Of a stretch of DNA of 64,000 nucleotides, positions 55,448 to 64,000 are shown piece after piece. Below the pieces are notes generated by a model that was given only the letters and a program-made list of their open reading frames with translations, did not search any database and was not told the origin of the DNA. Within the stretch, counting starts at the first letter, position 1. Each line of letters starts with the position of its first letter. Source of the DNA: Eledone cirrhosa (lineage: Eukaryota). The translations under genes were made by a program, and so were the position numbers. Where the stretch lies: positions 17,050,001 through 17,114,000 of the forward strand of contig OZ024765.1 of the NCBI GenBank assembly GCA_964016885.1, read 5' to 3'.

Positions 55448-55903
55448 ATGGAAACCGCGGAGTGGGGAGACCCAAGAAGACCTGGGATGAGGTGATAAAA
55501 GCCGACCTTACCCAATTACACCTCTCAAAGGCGATGACACACGACCGTGACCTCTGGCGTCACACAGTAATACAGAGTACCCGACCTCCCATGGGTACAA
55601 GCTGAAGCATATAGACAATATGCCCCAAACCCTCCCACTGCAAAGTGGTCGTGGAGGTGCCACGGCAAAAAAGCACCCAGCCCACACTGTAAAGTGGACG
55701 TGTAGGCGCCACGGAAAAAAGCACCCAGCACTTACTGTAAATGAGGTTGGTGTTAGGAAGGGCATCCAGCTGTAGAAATCAAGCCAAAATCAGTTCCTGT
55801 ATGAGCAAGGCATGGTCAGCCGACCAGACACTGCCCACAACAGGACAACCCGTTTAACCCATGCTAACATGGAAGAACGGACGTAAAACGGTGATGATGA
55901 TGA
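55448..55903 (+). mobile_element. RTE LINE 3' end plus RTE-partner SINE-type tail
   Basis: RGVGRPKKTWDEVIKADL...DRDLWR, then GGAAGGGCATCCAGCTGTAGAAA...AACCCATGCTAACATGGAA..CGGACGTAAAACG(ATG)n. Confidence 0.8.
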
Positions 55904-56299
55904 TTCTCCATGTTAAGTGGGTTATTTAAGAATATAAGATTCAATTTGAGTAGAGTTGTTAAGACTAACCGACCAGGCATAATTATTAATGACAGCAGAC
56001 ATATAAACGAACAAACAAAGACACATTTCTATATTATCTAGAAGTGATATCGCTATCATAATAGAAAGAAAGAAAGATATAAAGACATATATACGATATA
56101 ATAGACAAATACAAAGACTTCGACTGGAAATAAAATAATAACTGGGAGGAATTTCGGCTGGTTGAGTGTACAATTAGTAGAGTATATAGAGTAGGTAGAT
56201 TACACTGAGAGCTGAATAAGACAGATGGTGTATAGAGGTGAATGGGAGGGAGAGCGGCGGTGTGGGTAAAGAAGAAACACAGGTAGATAAATATAGGGA

Positions 56300-56754
56300 G
56301 AGAGGGGGGCAGAAAAAGAATGGAAGAGAAAGTGAGAAAGAGAGGGAGGAGGAAGAAGAAAGATGGTGGAGGGGAGAGAAAGAAAGAGGGTGGAGGGGAG
56401 AGAAAGAAAGAGGGTGGAGGGGAGAGAAAGAAAGAGGGTGGAGGGGAGAGAAAGAAAGAGGGTGGAGGGGAGAGAAAGAGAGAGGGTGGAGGAGAGAGAG
56501 AGTGAGGGTGGAGAAGAGACAGAGAGAGGGTGGAGAAGAGACAGAGAGAGGGTGGAGGAGAGAGGGTGGAGGAGAGAGAGAGGGTGGAGGAGAGAAAGAG
56601 AGAGGAAGGAGAAAGAGAGAGGAAGGAGAAAGAGAGAGGATAGTTAGAGTAAAAGATATATATAGAGAAAAGAGAAAAGAGAGTGAGTGAGTGAGTGAGT
56701 GAGTGAGTGAGTGAGTGAGTGAGTGAGTGAGTGAGAGAAAGAGAGTGAGAGAAA

Positions 56755-56785
<31 letters not shown>

Positions 56786-57100
56786 TGAGAGAGTGAGTGA
56801 GTGAGAGAGAGTGAAAGAGGGGGAGAGAGAGTGAGAGGGGGAGAGTGAGTGAGAGAGAGTGAAAGAGGGGGAGAGAGAGTGAGTGAGTGAGAGAGAGTGA
56901 AAGAGGGGGAGAGAGAGTGAGTGAGTGAGAGTGAAAGAGGGGGAGAGAGAGTGAGGGGGAGAGAGAGTGAGTGAGTGAGTGAGAGAGAGTGAAAGAGGGG
57001 GAGAGAGAATGAGAAAAGAGATGAAGAGAGAATGAGAAAAGAGATGAAGAGAGAATGAGAAAAGAGAGGGAAACAAAATGAGAAAAAAGAGAGAGAGAAG
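56300..57100. repeat. Purine-rich (GA)n/(GAGT)n field with 24-bp units
   Basis: Direct reading. Confidence 0.93.
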
Positions 57101-57108
57101 ATATTATA

Positions 57109-57142
<34 letters not shown>

Positions 57143-57186
57143 CATATCTATCTATCTATGTATACCTATATCTTTCTCTATTGTAG

Positions 57187-57408
57187 GTGGTTCGCTTCAT
57201 TAACTCGGGAATAACACTGGAGAAACCAGAGTGGTGTCCCCCTACGGTATATAACATCATGTCAGGCTGCTGGAAACAAGACCCACGTGACAGGCTCACC
57301 TTAAAGACTGTTTACAAACATTTCATTGATTACAGTCATAGTTTAATACGTAACGTTCACAAACAACCGAACGTAGATTGGGACAGTGAGAGGGTCTATC
57401 TCATATGA
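57187..57408 (+). CDS. Trk-like RTK terminal coding exon
   Basis: Acceptor tctttctctattgtag. Encodes LEKPEWCPPTVYNIMSGCWKQDPRDR (subdomains X-XI) and ends ERVYLI-TGA. Confidence 0.95.
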   Translation: MVRFINSGITLEKPEWCPPTVYNIMSGCWKQDPRDRLTLKTVYKHFIDYSHSLIRNVHKQPNVDWDSERVYLI

Positions 57409-58024
57409 GAAAGGACATCCCATCGCCGGGTCGGCCCCACGGCTTAGAAATATTTCAAGCCCCTTCTAGCAATACAATCTTTCATCTCATAAAAAAAAAA
57501 TAATTTAAAAAAAAATTTGATGGGCCCTTAAGCTTTCACATATTTCAGTCACCCCCACTGGCACTTCAATCTTTCATCCTCCAAATTCTAAAAAAAAATA
57601 TATATTGAAAGGTCCCTTGTCCCTGTGAGGCCTTTATTCTGCAGGGCCCTAAGTTTCTTATGAATAATATGGCTGAGCTTGTTCCATGGCTTCCGATCTT
57701 TATATTACCAACGACCCCTTTTATTTGAAGGAATTTTCATACGGAACCTTTTGCTACAACTGTTCCCCTTCCTCACTCCGGATTGTTATACGGAGAGAAT
57801 TACTATCGAGAAATATAAATGCATATATTACGAGAAGAATGGATATCTAGTAATGTGTGTATATCAGGTTTTTAACAAAGACTTCACATTTTTAAGTTAG
57901 TTCATAGTAAAATGCCCTCACCCCTAATAGTGTGTACAAACTATATTTATAACAACGTACTTGGAATGTTGAACGGAGCTCCAGAAGAATTGATACCTTA
58001 TATAAAGTGTTCATTATATTTTTT

Positions 58025-58170
58025 TCCAGTATAGTTACGTCCCTTTACGATCTGAGTTCAAATCCCGCCCAGGTTGACTTTGCCTTTCATCCTTACGGGG
58101 TCGATAAAATAAAGTATCAGTAATGCACTGGGTAATTGCTGGCCTTTTGCCTAAAGTAGAAACAATTATA
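58025..58170 (+). mobile_element. 5'-truncated family 1 SINE, in or near the RTK 3' UTR
   Basis: B box, core and tail. Confidence 0.88.
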
Positions 58171-58791
58171 TTTTTTACACTGCCAGGAGTTGTGACCGGG
58201 AGATAGTATCAGTAATGGAAAGACTAATGGACACATAGTTTCGTCGGTCCGATCTGACGAGTTCCACCTTACTCGGTAAGCGAATGAGGTTTGTGATATT
58301 GTTCATTCGGATCATAGATGTTTTAAACATTTGAAATTAATTCATGGATCCACAGAATAATGGAGACCCAATAATTTATGAGTAATATGTTGACATTTTG
58401 GACTAGAAATTTTAAACTTAATTCGCAGAGAACCAGAATGGATATCCAATAATATTATATTATATTATATTATGTTTATAACTATATTTAAATTTTTGAG
58501 CTTAGCTGAATGATCCCGGAAGAATGGGTACCCAATGTTGTGTGTATATATATATATATAAAAGTGTTTGAAAATTGAAACTTAGCTCATAAATCGCTAG
58601 AAAAAAGGAAACAATAGCGTGTGTACATTATGTTGAAGTTTTGAACGGGGTCGATAAAATAAAGTACCAGTAACGCAATGGGGTCGATTTAATCGATTTT
58701 CCCCTGCCACAAAATTGTTGGCCCTGTGCCTAAACTTCACAGAGACCAGAAAGATGGATACACATTTGTGTGTGTATATTAGGTTTTTAAC

Positions 58792-59124
58792 AAAGTGGAA
58801 TACAACCTTGGTTCGTCACGAACGCCTCTCATCACAAACAAAACAGTTCACGAACAATTTTTCCGAACATAAAATAGTGTCTCGAGTAACGAACACGCAA
58901 GTCGTCAGCAAAAGTTGGCAACAAGCTTGGAGTATCGACGGGAAAGTGTCACTTGCTGTGTAGTTTGTTCCTATGGTGATAGCTGTCTTTCATCTTCCAC
59001 ACACAGTCTTTATCTTTCTCTCTCAACATTTCGTATGTGGAAAAATATTTTTGGTTTACGAACATTTCGGTTTACGAACGGTTAACAGGAACGAATTCAG
59101 TTCGTGAGCCGAGATTTCACAATA
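58792..59124. mobile_element. Degenerate Tigger-like MITE
   Basis: Subterminal ACGAAC repeats at both ends. The right end GTTCGTGAGCCGAGATTTCAC resembles the reverse complement of the left end. Confidence 0.55.
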
Positions 59125-59525
59125 CTCGAACATTTTTGTTTTTAGCTGTACACTCAGTACAACAACAACAATAACAACACAACCATTGTGGACTATCAAG
59201 GTGGAAACAACTGATCTTGAAGTTATGACATGTCCTTATATGGTATAATCTGTCTTTCTATGACCTATCATAATACCCCCTTCTGGTGTCCCCACCACTC
59301 TTATCCTCTTATAACAACCGTTTTCAGTAGTGTTGGATTAAAAATAAACAAATAAACATAAAAATGACCCCCCCCCCCCACACAAAAAAAAATAACTAAA
59401 TAAATAAACAAAAAGAAATTAAATGAAAGAAAACCCAGAGGTGGTTTGTACCAACTGCAGGTAACACGACAGCGATAAGTATAAGAGTGTGTGTGTGTGT
59501 ATATATATATATATTTATTAAAATT

Positions 59526-59778
59526 ACAGATTAAAGTTTAAGCAAAGAATCGCTGCTTTCACCCTTAACGGGATCTTCTGAATCTAACAAAGTCAATCTG
59601 TAAACGCAGAAGTGGATATTTCAAAAAACGTTGCAACCGGAGGAAGACAGGAAGACGATTCCTCCGGTTGCAACGTTTTTTGAAATATCCTGTTCTGCGT
59701 TCACAGATTGACTTTGTTAGTTTCAGAAGATCCCGTTAAGGGTGAAAGCAGCGATTCTTTGCTTAAACTTTAATCTGT
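59526..59778. mobile_element. About 250-bp palindrome with a hammerhead-like fold in each arm (family H)
   Basis: 59719-59769 reads agttt-CAGAAGA-t-ccc-gttaa-ggg-t-GAA-AGC..GCT-T-aaact. Confidence 0.7.
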
Positions 59779-59875
59779 TATTTTAATAAATATTTGCTCT
59801 ACGGTTCTTATATATTTGATATATATTTTCCTTATCGAGCCCTCTTTGGATTTTAGTCTTCAATTTTATTATTAT

Positions 59876-59914
<39 letters not shown>

Positions 59915-59915
<1 letters not shown>

Positions 59916-60218
59916 CTATACTTTGGGAGGGTCGTGTTGCCAATAAAAACACACGCACCTTTTGTTTTCACTTCAATTTTTTCTAAATTTCCGGTTGGTT
60001 TATTCGATAACCGGAAGTTTGTTTATATATTGTTAAAGCTCTTTTGTCACATTCTGTGACCTCCTCAGTGACTAGGTATTTATTTTGTGTCTCTCCTTTC
60101 TTCTGTCCTACAACTATCCGGTTATCGAACCTACCTACCGACTGGAAATTTATAATAAATTGAAGTGAAAAATCAGGTGCGTGTGTTTTTCTTGGCAACA
60201 TGACCCTCCCAAAGTATA
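59915..60218. mobile_element. Inverted-repeat element related to family C
   Basis: Arms at about 59915-59980 and 60157-60218 end in ATGACCCTCCCAAAGTATA. A degenerate hammerhead CTGAGGA-g-gtcaca/tgtgac-AAAAG lies at about 60035-60072 (-). Confidence 0.65.
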
Positions 60219-60284
60219 TTAATATCTGTTTCAACACACGTTTTCAGATAAGTAATCTTGCAAAGCAAATTCAAAAACGAAATA

Positions 60285-60321
60285 TATAGATACACACATA
60301 TATATATATATATACATACAC

Positions 60322-60353
<32 letters not shown>

Positions 60354-60735
60354 ATACACATATATAGATATATATATATATATATACATACACATATATA
60401 GATATATATATATATATATACATACACATATATAGATATATATATATATATATACATACACATATATAGATATATATATATATATATACATACACATATA
60501 TAGATATATATATATATATATACATACACATATACATATATATATATATATATTATATATATATATATATACATATATATACATATATATACATACACAT
60601 ATATAGATATATATATATATATATACATACACATATACATATATATATATATATATTATATATATATATATATACATATATATACATATATATACATACA
60701 CATATATAGATATATATATATATATATACATACAC

Positions 60736-60777
<42 letters not shown>

Positions 60778-60994
60778 CATATATATATATATACATATAT
60801 ATACATATATATACATACACATATATAGATATATATATATATATATACATACACATATACATATATATATATATATATTATATATACATATATATATATA
60901 CATATATATATATATTATATATACATATATATATATACATATATATACATATATATACATATATATACATATACATATATATACATATATATAC

Positions 60995-61027
<33 letters not shown>

Positions 61028-61096
61028 CATATATATACATATATATATATATATACATATATATACATATACATACATATATATGCATATATATAC

Positions 61097-61127
<31 letters not shown>

Positions 61128-61652
61128 CATATATATACATATACATATACATATACATATATATATACATATATATATACATATATACATATATATACAT
61201 ATATATACACATATATATACATATATATATACATATATATATACATATATATATACATATATATATACATATATATATACATATATATATACATATATAT
61301 ATACATATATATATACATATATATATACATATATATATACACATATATATATACATATATATATACATATATATATACATATATATATACATATATATAT
61401 ACATATATATATACATATACATATATATATACATACATACATATATATATACATACACATATATATATACATACACATATATATATACATACATACACAT
61501 ACATATATATTTACACATATATATATATATATATATACATACACATATATATATATACCCATATATATATATATACCCATATATATATATATATATATAC
61601 ATACCCATATATATATATATACCCATATATATATATATATATATACATACCC

Positions 61653-61683
<31 letters not shown>

Positions 61684-62178
61684 CATACCCATATATATAT
61701 ATATATATATATATACATACATACCCATATATATATATACATACACATATATATATATATACATACACATATATATATATATACATACACATATATATAT
61801 ATATATATATACGTACACATATATATATATACGTACACATATATATATATACATACACATATATATATATACATACACATATATATATATATACATACAC
61901 ATATATATATATACATACACATATATATATATACATACACATATATATATATACATACACATATATATATATACATACACATATATATATATACACATAC
62001 ACATATATATATATATACATACACATATATACATATACACATACACATATATACATATACACATATACATATATACATATACATATATATATATATACAT
62101 ATATACATATATATATATACATATATATATATACATATATATATATACATATATATATATATACATATATATATATAC

Positions 62179-62225
<47 letters not shown>

Positions 62226-62232
62226 CATATAC

Positions 62233-62263
<31 letters not shown>

Positions 62264-62370
62264 CATATATACATATACATATACATATATATACATATAT
62301 ATATATATACATATATACATATACATATATACATATACATATACATATATATATATATATACATACACAT
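60285..62370. repeat. (TA)n/(TACA)n compound microsatellite
   Basis: Direct reading. A similar field continues at 62982-64000. Confidence 0.97.
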
Positions 62371-62371
62371 A

Positions 62372-62981
62372 TGGTGGCTGCCAACTCGTTTTCGAGTACG
62401 GCCACTACTTTATATCCATGTAGGAGAACCCCTACTGATGCGCTGAACGAGTGTGACTTTTTAGTCCAGCCAGCGACTTGAAAACTTTGGTACAAACACT
62501 ACACTTGTGACAATTACTGACACATAGTGCTGGGCCCATGGTACCCTGTGATGACAAGTGCAGAGAGATCTCCAGATATAAATCAATGCCTGTGCCGTGA
62601 AGCTTTTATAGTGAGCAAAGGCACTGCACAAAGCCAGTCCCACTCTCTTAACCAAGATGATATTTACCAAAAAGAAGAACAAGTCAACATCATTGGATAC
62701 CATCAGGGTTGCAGGTGTTATATCAGAGTTTTCCTTCTCCTAGAATTCTGCCTTGACAAAGGCTAAGGGGTCATCTCTCCCGGTGATTTTGGATGGCCAT
62801 TGACTCTTAAGAGCTCCTTTGCCCTTTGACAGGTTTTGTTTTTAGTCCTGCAGGATGTCCAAAGTCACCCTCCTCACCAAGAAACCTTGGCGGGGTTGCC
62901 AGTTCAGTCGCCAACGACCCGACCGTGGGACAGGTTGTACTGGGATACATGTTACCAGTAGCACCAACTGGTGACCTGACC
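62372..62981 (-). mobile_element. Short, internally deleted RTE-derived element
   Basis: RTE-like 5' UTR motif CTAGGAGAAGGAAAACTCTGAT, a terminal C2H2 finger [25 protein letters not shown], and a 3' end TGGCCGTACTCGAAAACGAG shared with 38600-38628. Confidence 0.7.
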
Positions 62982-64000
62982 ATATATATATATACATACA
63001 CATATACATATATATATACATACACATATATATATATACATACACATATATATATATACATACACATATATATATATACATACACATATATATATATACA
63101 TACACATATATATATACATACACATATATATATATATACACATATATATATATATACACATATATATATATATACACATATATATATATATACACATATA
63201 TATATACATACACATATATATATATATACACATATATATATATATACACATATATATATATATACACATATATATATATATACACATATATATATATATA
63301 CACATATATATATACATACACATATATATATACATACACATATATATATACATACACATATATATATACATACACATATATATATACATACACATATATA
63401 TATACATACACATATATATATACATACACATATATATATACATACACATATATATATATATACACACATATATATATATACACATATATATATACATACA
63501 CATATATATATACATACACATATATATATACATACACATATATATATACATACACATATATATATACATACACATATATATATATATACACATATATATA
63601 CACATATATATATACATACACATATATATATATATACACATATATATATACATACACATATATATATATATACACATATATATATACATACACATATATA
63701 TATATATATACACATATATATATATATATACACATATACATATACATACACATATACATATATATATATACATACACATATACATACACATATACATATA
63801 TATATATACATACACATATACATATATATATATATATATACATACACATATATATACACATATACATATAGATATATACACATATACATATATATACATA
63901 CACATATACATATATATATATACATACACATATATATATACATACACATATACATATATATATATATATACATACACATATATATACACATATACATATA

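Overview
This is eukaryotic, very AT-rich and repeat-saturated animal genomic DNA. The SINE/LINE content and the vast (TA)n/(TACA)n tracts resemble an octopus/coleoid cephalopod genome, which is an inference. The one host gene I can support is the 3' part of a Trk-superfamily receptor tyrosine kinase on the + strand. It has 7 phase-compatible exons from 19943 to 57408, encoding a TM helix, an NPTY motif, a complete kinase domain and a C-terminal VYLI. The rest is tRNA-derived SINEs, RTE/Vingi/Tx1-like LINE fragments, mariner/pogo/piggyBac-like relics, microsatellites and several TE-derived tandem arrays (26, 72, 72, 77, 96 and 120 bp units). Nearly all long ORFs in the track are repeat artefacts. 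The most striking unexplained layer is about 9 unrelated families of short elements that sit in or beside (TA)n tracts and often occur as long inverted repeats. Each carries a type I hammerhead ribozyme fold, as expected for Penelope-like termini, and some show compensatory base changes. Also notable are a triplicated kinase-exon 3' end with extra splice donors and a twin-priming LINE inversion. Repeat boundaries are read by eye and approximate; exon boundaries were checked for GT/AG and phase.
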